The notes: generated by a model from the sequence alone, not told the origin. Shown: positions 1-7,132, counted from the stretch's first letter. The stretch is DNA of 18,939 nucleotides from Candidatus Micrarchaeota archaeon (GCA_040754495.1 JBFMCO010000026.1:1-18939), one strand, 5' to 3'. Numbers and translations: made by a program.

Positions 1-465
1 GTAAACATCGTCGAGAGGCTGGCCAACAAGCTCATGAGGGGAGGCACCGGCGAGAAGACCTCCGGCAAGGTCATCCGCACCAAGGGGCGCATGCAGGGCA
101 AGAAGCTCCGCGCGCTCAAGATAGTGGAGGAGGCGCTCTCCATCGTGGAGGCCCAGACCAAGGAGAACCCGGTCCAGGTGCTTATCAAGGCGCTCGAGAA
201 CGCCGCCCCCCGCGAGGATGTCACGAGGGTGTCGCACGGAGGCGTGAGCTACCAGATTGCGGTGGACATATCCGCGACGAGGAGGCTTGATTTGACGCTG
301 CGCAACATCTCGCTTGCCGCGCTCATGGGCGCCTTCAACAAGCCCAAGTCGCTCCAGCAGGCCCTTGCCGATGAAATCATCAACACGGCCAAAGGGGACA
401 TGCAGGCGAGCTACGCCATAAAGAAGCGCGACGAGACCGAGAGAATGGCAAGGAGCGCGAGATGA
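1..465 (+). CDS. rps7: 30S ribosomal protein S7 (uS7), archaeal type, 5'-partial
   Basis: Frame is open from base 1 (VNIVERLANKLM...). Motifs KENPVQVLIKALENAAPREDVTR, AVDISATRRLD, LADEIINTA and YAIKKRDETERMARSAR are typical of archaeal/eukaryotic uS7. Stop TGA at 463-465. Confidence 0.97.
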   Translation, partial: VNIVERLANKLMRGGTGEKTSGKVIRTKGRMQGKKLRALKIVEEALSIVEAQTKENPVQVLIKALENAAPREDVTRVSHGGVSYQIAVDISATRRLDLTLRNISLAALMGAFNKPKSLQQALADEIINTAKGDMQASYAIKKRDETERMARSAR

Positions 466-466
466 T

Positions 467-1288
467 TTGCTGAAGCTCGAATGGCCGGACCTGAAGGGCC
501 TGGCCATAATCATTCTTATTTCCGCTTTTTTCATCGACTCCCTTCTTATCGAGCCAAACCGCTTAGTGGTAACTGAGAACAGGTTCGAGCTTCTTGAAGG
601 CAATTCTCCTGTCCGCATCGTTCTTGTGAGCGACATCCACATCGGCACCCAGAGCGAGGGCTACCTGGAGGGGGTCGTGATGAGGATAAACTCGCTCCAG
701 CCGGACATCGTGCTCATTGACGGGGACAGCATAGAGGAGAAGGATTCGGAGCTGGAATGGCTTTCGCCGCTTGCAGGAATTGATGCCCCGGCCTATGCCG
801 TTCTGGGCAACCACGATTACGGAGCGTGGGGCTGCCCTGCTTTCGAGGGAGTGAGCGGGAAGGTGGAGGCGCGCTTCGAGGAGCTTGGCATCGCCGTGCT
901 CCGGAACGAGCACGAGATGCTTGATGTGCGCGGGAGCAGGTTCGCGCTCATCGGCGTTGATGACATATGGTCGTGCATGAACAACTATTCCATGGCGAGC
1001 GAAGGAGTTCCGGACGACATGCCGAAGGTAATCCTCGTGCATAACAATCTCGGGGTGAAGCCGGAGGAAGTGAAGGGGCCAGGCCTTGTCCTTGCAGGGC
1101 ACACGCACTGCGGGCAGGTGCGGGTTCCGTTCATAACGGAATTCGTGATGGGGCCGGGTTTCGGCAGCGTGCTTGGCGGCAGGGGGAGGCTGGACAACGA
1201 TACGGAGATATATGTTACATGCGGGGTGACGTCCGGCGGGATAAGGTTCCTGACGAACCCGGAAATCAGCGTGATTGAGATAGAATAA
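467..1288 (+). CDS. Membrane-anchored metallophosphoesterase (calcineurin-like MPP, YkuE/YaeI-like)
   Basis: TTG start 1 nt after the rps7 stop, with AAGGAG upstream. N-terminal hydrophobic helix (LAIIILISAFFI). MPP motifs SDIH, GDSIE, GNHD, LVH and GHTHCGQ. Confidence 0.9.
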   Translation: MLKLEWPDLKGLAIIILISAFFIDSLLIEPNRLVVTENRFELLEGNSPVRIVLVSDIHIGTQSEGYLEGVVMRINSLQPDIVLIDGDSIEEKDSELEWLSPLAGIDAPAYAVLGNHDYGAWGCPAFEGVSGKVEARFEELGIAVLRNEHEMLDVRGSRFALIGVDDIWSCMNNYSMASEGVPDDMPKVILVHNNLGVKPEEVKGPGLVLAGHTHCGQVRVPFITEFVMGPGFGSVLGGRGRLDNDTEIYVTCGVTSGGIRFLTNPEISVIEIE

Positions 1289-1372
1289 ATAGACTTGCGG
1301 TTATTGATAACCCCAGGGTTTTGATGAAACGTTTGCCCGGAGTCGGGGCAATACAGAAGTTTCAAAGAAACA

Positions 1373-1549
1373 GCCCTCGTAGTCTAGCCTGGATAGGACG
1401 CAACCCTCCGGCGCGCTTTTTGAAAAAAAGCGCGGCAAAAACTATCTGTTTGCAAACCCTCGCAGGGCTTGCAGACAACCAGTTTTGGGCCGCCTTTTTC
1501 CAAAAGGCGGAGAGAGGTTGATGGGCGGGTTCAAATCCCGTCGAGGGCG
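1373..1549 (+). tRNA. tRNA-Arg(CCG), intron-containing (exons 1373-1411 and 1515-1549; CCA not encoded)
   Basis: Acceptor GCCCTCG/CGAGGGC, discriminator G; D-stem GTCT/GGAC with loop AGCCTGGATA; anticodon stem CAACC/GGTTG; loop CT-CCG-G|A; T-arm GCGGG-TTCAAAT-CCCGT. Spliced length is 74 nt. Confidence 0.95.
1412..1514 (+). other. 103-nt tRNA intron at canonical position 37/38 with a strict bulge-helix-bulge motif
   Basis: Central helix CTCC(1406-1409)/GGAG(1509-1512); 3-nt bulges GG|C (1410-1412) and AG|A (1513-1515); outer helix GC(1413-1414)/GC(1507-1508). Removal restores a 7-nt anticodon loop. Confidence 0.92.
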
Positions 1550-1615
1550 TGAAAACATAAGTCGCATAGTAGCCTTGACGCAAAGTGAACGAAGTTCACG
1601 ACGCGTCGAGGGCGT
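1539..1615. repeat. 12-bp direct repeat of the tRNA 3' end enclosing a compound hairpin; possible bidirectional terminator or insertion scar
   Basis: CGTCGAGGGCGT occurs at 1539-1550 and 1604-1615. Stem CCTTGACGC(1573-1581)/GCGTCGAGG(1603-1611) encloses GTGAAC-GAA-GTTCAC(1585-1599). TTTTT follows at 1615-1619, between convergent transcription units. Confidence 0.75.
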
Positions 1616-1631
1616 TTTTGCTCAATTGCCG

Positions 1632-2297
1632 TCAGTCTGCATCCTTCTTGCAGAGGTAGAACGCGAGCTTCTGGGCACTGCTTTTCTTGCGCTTCTCCAC
1701 CTCCTTTGCCGTTTTCGGAGGACGCATTATCACCTTTTCACCGGACTTCCAGTTGACCGGCGTTTCGACGGCATGCCTGGCGGAGACCTGGAGCGCGTCT
1801 ATCAGTCTCAGGATCTCGTTCAGATTCCGCCCTACGTTCATGGGGTAGTAGATGATTGCCTGGATGACGCCCTTCGGGTCGATGACGAACACGGCCCGCA
1901 CAGGCGCGGTCGTGCTGTGGCCGGGGTGTATCATGCCGAACTTCTGCGAAACGGCCATGGTGTTGTCCGCCACCATCGGGTAGTTAATCCTGCACGAGAA
2001 CATCTTCTGCAAATCCTCGCGCCATGCCAGGTGCGCATGGATGCTGTCCACGGAAACTGCGATGAGTTTTACGTTGCGTCTTGTGAATTCGGGCTCAAGA
2101 CCGGCGAACCCGGCCAGTTCCGTCGAGCAGACCGGGGTGAAATCCGCCGGATGGGAAAACAGCACCGCCCAGCTGTTCCCCTTCCACTCGCTGAAGGTAA
2201 TCTGACCCTGCGTCGTAACTGCCGTGAAATCCGGCGCCAGCGAGCCGATTTTCGGAATGCTTCCTTCCACAGGATTTGCCGATATATCCGGGGCCAT
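1632..2297 (-). CDS. Peroxiredoxin, Prx6 / archaeal AhpC-TSA family
   Basis: Motifs SHPADFTPVCSTE (peroxidatic Cys), VRAVFVIDPKG, YYPMNVGRN and TPVNW; C-terminal FYLC is a candidate resolving Cys. Start placed at ATG 2297 because a perfect GAGGTGA lies 5 nt upstream (the ORF track starts at GTG 2306, inside that site). Confidence 0.95.
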   Translation of the reverse strand: MAPDISANPVEGSIPKIGSLAPDFTAVTTQGQITFSEWKGNSWAVLFSHPADFTPVCSTELAGFAGLEPEFTRRNVKLIAVSVDSIHAHLAWREDLQKMFSCRINYPMVADNTMAVSQKFGMIHPGHSTTAPVRAVFVIDPKGVIQAIIYYPMNVGRNLNEILRLIDALQVSARHAVETPVNWKSGEKVIMRPPKTAKEVEKRKKSSAQKLAFYLCKKDAD

Positions 2298-2302
2298 TGC
2301 AT

Positions 2303-2309
2303 TCACCTC
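2303..2309 (-). promoter_or_regulatory. Shine-Dalgarno site GAGGTGA for the peroxiredoxin gene (operon-internal)
   Basis: Minus strand reads TAG-AC-GAGGTGA-ATGCA-ATG between the LUD stop and the Prx start. Confidence 0.8.
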
Positions 2310-2311
2310 GT

Positions 2312-2923
2312 CTAGAATCCAAGCACTTCATTAACGAATATTACCCTGAGCCTTCCGGGCCGGACCTCTTTATTCACTATCAGCACCTTGTTCACCGCGC
2401 TCCCCGGAACCCCGTATGCCTTCCTCGCCCTCTCGCTCTCGAGGGGCAAAACGTACTCGTAAATCCTCCTGAAGCCCTCGTCGAGGTCCTTTACAATCTT
2501 CTGCGTCCCCACTACCCAGACGACGTTGCCAGAGCCGTAAGCGTAGGCAGGAAGCTGGCTTCCTGTCTGGGAAACGACCATGACCTGCCCCTTTTCCGTG
2601 ACCGCATGCACGCTCCCCACGGTCCAGTCAGGAGCCGCTCCGAGCTTCTGCATCAGGGAGCCCTGGGTTTTCCTGTCCATGCCGTTCAGCCTGACCCTAA
2701 CCGAATCGTAATCCCCCGGCTTGTTTATCGCGTCGGCAACGCCTATCGTGCCGAGCGTGGTGGACGTCATGTCCATCACTTCCGCGCTTTTCGGGATGAT
2801 GGATAGCGCTTTAGCCTTCGCCTCAGCGCCTGAAGCAACGAAAAAAACCTCCATCCCGTTCTCCTTCAGGGCGGCCATCGTCTTCTCGACCCTGGCTTTG
2901 TCTGCAATAATGTTCCACTTCAT
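2312..2923 (-). CDS. LUD-domain protein (LutC/YkgG-like, often annotated lactate utilization protein)
   Basis: Pattern ALKENGMEVFFV...GSVHAVTEKGQVMVVSQTGSQL...VVWVVGTQKIVKDLDEG...VIFVNEVLGF matches the LUD family as I recall it. The protein contains no Cys, so no Fe-S motif. Confidence 0.75.
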   Translation of the reverse strand: MKWNIIADKARVEKTMAALKENGMEVFFVASGAEAKAKALSIIPKSAEVMDMTSTTLGTIGVADAINKPGDYDSVRVRLNGMDRKTQGSLMQKLGAAPDWTVGSVHAVTEKGQVMVVSQTGSQLPAYAYGSGNVVWVVGTQKIVKDLDEGFRRIYEYVLPLESERARKAYGVPGSAVNKVLIVNKEVRPGRLRVIFVNEVLGF

Positions 2924-2973
2924 AAAGCCACAATCTCAGTTATGGTTATAAGCATTTTCCGAAAAAGAGCTTC
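2924..2973. promoter_or_regulatory. Bidirectional TATA box (TTATAA 2946-2951) between the LUD gene and msrB
   Basis: A palindromic TTATAA lies at the exact centre of the 50-nt intergenic gap, 22 nt from each ATG. Confidence 0.65.
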
Positions 2974-3369
2974 ATGAAATCCCGCAGCGAGGAGGAGTGG
3001 AAAAAGAAGCTCACGCCAGAGCAGTATCGTGTCCTCCGGGAGAAGGGGACCGAGCTGCCCTTCAGCGGAAAGCACTGGAACAACCACGACGAGGGCGTCT
3101 ATGTGTGCGCCGGATGCGGGGCAGAGCTTTTCTCCTCCAGGACGAAGTTCGAGTCCGGAACGGGCTGGCCGAGCTTCTATAAGCCGGAAAAGGACGGCAA
3201 TGTGAAAAAAGAGGCGGACACCAGCCACGGCATGGCCAGGACCGAGGTGACGTGCGCGAAATGCGGCGGCCACCTGGGGCACGTCTTCGGGGACGGGCCG
3301 AAGCCGACCGGCCTGCGCTACTGCATCAATTCCGCATCGCTCGAATTCAAAAAAGCTAGCCGCCGGTGA
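2974..3369 (+). CDS. msrB: Peptide-methionine (R)-S-oxide reductase MsrB
   Basis: Motifs [19 protein letters not shown] and CAKC (Zn), [22 protein letters not shown] and RYCINS (catalytic Cys, no Sec codon). Confidence 0.97.
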   Translation: MKSRSEEEWKKKLTPEQYRVLREKGTELPFSGKHWNNHDEGVYVCAGCGAELFSSRTKFESGTGWPSFYKPEKDGNVKKEADTSHGMARTEVTCAKCGGHLGHVFGDGPKPTGLRYCINSASLEFKKASRR

Positions 3370-5464
3370 GCGCGAGCTCCCTTGCGACCGCCCGGATTAT
3401 CCCGAGCTGGCGGTCCATCACGTCCTCCGGCTGGAGCGCGACAATGCGGAGGTACGAGGTGTCATCCGAGCGAAGGTCGTATGGCACGAACAGCTCGCCG
3501 GGGATGCAGGCTACGATGGGCTGGCCAAGCTCGACGCATTTGTACGCGAACTGGGCGGCCTGGGACATGTTGGGCGAGTACGTCTTGAGGGCGGTGAAGC
3601 CCCACAGCACGTAGAATGCGTTGAGCCGGTCCGGGTCCAGCAGCCCGTCCTCGTTGTAGTACGAGGGATGGAGGTAAACGCCGACCCCCTCGCGCCTCAT
3701 CCCGTCGAGCTGCTGCGCGAAATAGAGCACCCGCTCATGGACGATTTGCCGCATCTTCTGCTTGTGCTGGCGGTAGAGCTCGTCCTCAGCGGGCACCTTG
3801 CACCTCTTCGCGATGTCCTCCCACGCCTCCCACGAGGAGATGCCATAGAGCCTGAGCTGCCCGTTTTCATCCTTCTCCAGCGGAGGCACCTCCTCCCTCA
3901 GCTTGTAGAAGACGAGGTCTCCCTTGTCGATTACGTCTACCAGGCCGGCCTCCTGGAGGCGCCTGCCTATCTCCCTGACCTTTCCGGAGTGGATGTCAAC
4001 CCCGTAGCCCATCAGCACCTGGTTCGCTATCTTCCTGGTCCTGCTTGCAATCAGCTTGTGGGAGTAGTAATCTTCCGGCACGCCGAAGCTCCGTATGCGC
4101 TCGGTCACCTCTTCAAAGCTGAAAATCGGGAATTTGTGGCCGGTGCCTTTCATCTCCGTAAGCTCCTTGAGGGCGTAGAGCACCGCCGCAATCGGCGCAA
4201 GCTCCTCCTCGACCGGGCTGCCCCTCTTCATGTGCGTGTACATGTCCCCGAGCGCCCTCTGCACGTGCCTCGAGACCGGGCAGAGCGTGGGCCAGTAGAG
4301 GTAATTCATCGTGTCGAAGAAATCCGAGCGCTCGTCCGGGAAGGTGCGCGGGTCCCACAGGATTCGCATGAAGCCGACGCGCTGCCCGGGAATCGCCATC
4401 ATCTTTGAGAAGCTGGACATCTCCACTACGGGCACGCCCAGGTTCAGCCGCAGCGCGCGCTGGATGGCGTCTATCTCCTTGTCGCTGTCGCGGCGGAACT
4501 GCTCGTATATGACGTCTGCCACCACGATGATGGGGTGGCCGTATTCGCACATCTTCTCGGCCACGACGCGAAGCACCTGGTCGAACCTTTCGGGCTGCAT
4601 CGCGACGGAAAGCGGGTTGCCCACCGTGGCGAAAAGCACTACGCGGGTGTGCTCGTCTATTGTCTCGGAAAGGTGGCCGATGTCCATCTGCCCGTCAATG
4701 CCGATGCGGCAGAGCTTCACGTCGCCGTGGCTGCGGAAGGACTCTGCAAGGTGCGACACGTAAGTCCAGACAGGCATGACGACGTTGTCGGGCCTTATGC
4801 CGTTCTTGACTTCGTCCAGGATTGAAAGGAGGAATTCCGTATGCTCCCTGAGGTCCACGCCACGCTCCAGGTCGGGCCTGATGGCTTCCAGGCGGGCCAG
4901 GTCAGGCACGTGGTGGTTGGGCGGCAGGAGCAGCGCCTCGCTGAGAAGCCTGAGCGCGCCGGCCACGCCGGGAGTGATGAACACGCGCAGGTGCTCCGGG
5001 ATGCGCTCCTGGCCGGTCTTCCTGTATCCGCCGTCTACGAGCCTCAGCTTGAGGTCCTTGTCGCCGGCGATCGCATAGCCGTCGTAATCCGCCGCGCCAT
5101 GGAAGTAGATGTACCTCCTGAGGTGCCGGTGGTAGCCGTCGTAGGAGCCGAGCCCGGGGTATTTGGTCGGGTCGCCCAGCCTGCCCTCTATTATCGGGTA
5201 GACCTCCTGGCCCCCGTTCGTCGCGAACGAAATCACCTTGTCCACGTCCGTCTCGTTGAAGACGACGTCGCGGATCCTGCCCAGGTGCGATGCCCTTTCG
5301 CTGTATCTCTGCGAGAGGTACACGAATGCGCCGCGGGGCGCGATGCCTGCCTGGGGCTCGGCCTCCGGCTGCTGCCTCCCGAACAGCGCCTTCCCGCTTC
5401 CTATCGAAGCAGCCGCACCGGCAGCATCTTTCGGCAAAGGCAGTATCTTTTTCTCGTCAGCCAT
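3356..5464 (-). CDS. Fold-type I PLP-dependent aminotransferase (class I/II-like), 702 aa, with two large insertions
   Basis: Ordered motifs [24 protein letters not shown] (N283), VADVIYE (D317), SSFSK (K354, codon 4405-4403), PGQRVG, NAFY, IPGELF and YLRI (R673). Confidence 0.85.
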   Translation of the reverse strand: MADEKKILPLPKDAAGAAASIGSGKALFGRQQPEAEPQAGIAPRGAFVYLSQRYSERASHLGRIRDVVFNETDVDKVISFATNGGQEVYPIIEGRLGDPTKYPGLGSYDGYHRHLRRYIYFHGAADYDGYAIAGDKDLKLRLVDGGYRKTGQERIPEHLRVFITPGVAGALRLLSEALLLPPNHHVPDLARLEAIRPDLERGVDLREHTEFLLSILDEVKNGIRPDNVVMPVWTYVSHLAESFRSHGDVKLCRIGIDGQMDIGHLSETIDEHTRVVLFATVGNPLSVAMQPERFDQVLRVVAEKMCEYGHPIIVVADVIYEQFRRDSDKEIDAIQRALRLNLGVPVVEMSSFSKMMAIPGQRVGFMRILWDPRTFPDERSDFFDTMNYLYWPTLCPVSRHVQRALGDMYTHMKRGSPVEEELAPIAAVLYALKELTEMKGTGHKFPIFSFEEVTERIRSFGVPEDYYSHKLIASRTRKIANQVLMGYGVDIHSGKVREIGRRLQEAGLVDVIDKGDLVFYKLREEVPPLEKDENGQLRLYGISSWEAWEDIAKRCKVPAEDELYRQHKQKMRQIVHERVLYFAQQLDGMRREGVGVYLHPSYYNEDGLLDPDRLNAFYVLWGFTALKTYSPNMSQAAQFAYKCVELGQPIVACIPGELFVPYDLRSDDTSYLRIVALQPEDVMDRQLGIIRAVARELALTGG

Positions 5465-5467
5465 GAG

Positions 5468-6874
5468 TCATCCCAGCATGTCCCTTATCTTCATCAGCAC
5501 TTCGGAGCACAACCGCTCGAGGGCCGGCTTCGAGCAATCCCCCTCATGAGGCGTCGCAATCACGGCCTGGTGCTGCACGAACTTCTTGGTGGTGTCGTCC
5601 GGCTCGCCCCCCTTCCACAGGATGGCGTCGTTCGGCAAAACGTCCGTTGCGTATGCCATGATGCCGCCGGAGCAGAGCACCGAATAGAGCGGCTCGCTCT
5701 CGATTATCTTGTCGCGCGTGACGTTGACGAGGACGCGCGGGCGCGGCGAGAGCCGCGAGAGGCTCTCAAGGCCGATTAGCGAGCGCGTGCCCTCGTTCAG
5801 CGGAAGCGCGATGAATATGAAGTTCGCGTCCTTTATCGCCCCCTCCACGGTATCGGAATAATGGACGCCCATGTCGAGGAGGTCCTCCTTCCGGCTCCTG
5901 TTGAACGCCGTAACCCGGCAGTTGAAGCCCATCCTCGTCATCCGCGCGATTATCGAGCCTATGCTCCCGGTTCCCAGGACCGCGACGTTCGAGCGCGTGA
6001 GCGGCACCTCCGGCATGGCCAGGGCCTGCGTATCCACGCGGTTCCTCACCGAGGGGTCGTCAGGCTTCGAGAGGTCGTCGGCCCTCTGCAGGCCGTATTT
6101 CTCTGTGCAGAGGAAGAGGTAGTCGCATTTCTCGAGAATCTCCATGATGAACATCGGCCGGACGCCGTAGGCCTCCAGCTGCTCCGACGTGTCGTAGCCA
6201 TAGAGGTCGCAGTTGAAGCCGAAGCGGAGCGTCTTCGCAAGGCGCATGGCGCTGCGGTCATGCCCGATTATGCCTATGCGGATTCCGTTCAGCTCGCCGT
6301 TCATCCAGGGCTGGTCGTGCCGGTAGCGCGGCTTGTCCTTCCGGTAATACTCGTAGCTCGTTGCCCTCCTTATGCTGTCATCCACCTGCCGCGCGCGCAT
6401 GAGCATCTGCGCCACCGCCGCCTCGGCAAAATCATCCGAGTACCGGGTGAAAACGACCTGCCCGTTCCCGATGCCTGTCAGCACTGGCGCGGGGTATAGG
6501 CCGCGGACCGCAAGGGAAAGCGCATGCTCGGCGACCGAGTTCGAGCTGAATGTCGGGCAGTTCTCCACGCGGAGGCCGAGCTCCCTGGCCGCGCCCATGT
6601 CTATGTGGTCGGTCCCCACGCTCACGCTGATTATCCCCCGGGAGGGGTGGTGCTGGCTGAGGAAGTCCCTGTTGAAGAGGAACGTCCACTTGGCCACCCA
6701 GATGTCGGCATCGCTGCGTGCGGTCTGCGGTTCCAGCGGGCCGTCGTAGATGACCTCGAATCCGCCGCGGGCGAGGGACTCCGAGAGCCGCCTGCCCATT
6801 ATCTCCGGAGTATCATAGATGGCCACGCGCGGCCTCGGATGTGGGGGCTTCTCGCGGGCGGGAGGTTGAACCAT
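5468..6874 (-). CDS. D-isomer-specific 2-hydroxyacid dehydrogenase (LdhA/SerA superfamily) with an internal partial duplication
   Basis: Motifs VGTDHID, NCPTFSSNSVAEHA, VLGTGSIG, FIALPLNEGT, VNVTR, TDV and TPH. Start placed at ATG 6874 (MVQPP...), since TTTATAAA lies at 6899-6906 and the upstream extension in the ORF track is AT-rich promoter DNA. Confidence 0.88.
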   Translation of the reverse strand: MVQPPAREKPPHPRPRVAIYDTPEIMGRRLSESLARGGFEVIYDGPLEPQTARSDADIWVAKWTFLFNRDFLSQHHPSRGIISVSVGTDHIDMGAARELGLRVENCPTFSSNSVAEHALSLAVRGLYPAPVLTGIGNGQVVFTRYSDDFAEAAVAQMLMRARQVDDSIRRATSYEYYRKDKPRYRHDQPWMNGELNGIRIGIIGHDRSAMRLAKTLRFGFNCDLYGYDTSEQLEAYGVRPMFIMEILEKCDYLFLCTEKYGLQRADDLSKPDDPSVRNRVDTQALAMPEVPLTRSNVAVLGTGSIGSIIARMTRMGFNCRVTAFNRSRKEDLLDMGVHYSDTVEGAIKDANFIFIALPLNEGTRSLIGLESLSRLSPRPRVLVNVTRDKIIESEPLYSVLCSGGIMAYATDVLPNDAILWKGGEPDDTTKKFVQHQAVIATPHEGDCSKPALERLCSEVLMKIRDMLG

Positions 6875-7132
6875 AAATGTATATTTTTTATAATAGAATT
6901 TATAAATACGATGGATTTGCCACACCGTTTCACCAGGAAAAACAGAAAAGAGGAAGCGGGGGCGATATTTTTGGTGAAATTACACAGTATTGTGAGGCTA
7001 TTTAGCCGCTTTCACATGAGGGGACCCCTGTTTATCCCGGCGGGGCTACCGTATATTTATATTCCTTTCCCAACAGAGTCAAACTAATTCTAATTCGGTA
7101 ATCCTAATCTTACCGAGCTTAAGGTGTGACTA
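6875..7132. promoter_or_regulatory. Divergent promoter region for the dehydrogenase-aminotransferase unit and EF-2
   Basis: AT-rich. TTTATAAA at 6899-6906 (minus gene); TATATTTATAT near 7052-7062; SD-like AGGTG at 7122-7126 before ATG 7133. Confidence 0.6.

Noticed and set aside
1322-1372. C-box-like TGATGA suggesting a C/D guide sRNA
   Set aside because: No CTGA D box at a suitable distance before or within the tRNA.
1321-1583. Short ORFs 1321-1521 (+) and 1362-1583 (-)
   Set aside because: They overlap the tRNA-Arg gene and its intron, which fully explain the sequence.
1539-1615. CRISPR array or intact integrated element
   Set aside because: Only two 12-bp copies are present, with no spacer series, cas gene, integrase or transposase in the window.
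1632-3369. Selenocysteine or stop-codon recoding in Prx or MsrB
   Set aside because: The catalytic positions are ordinary Cys codons, and the proteins are full-length at their first stop.
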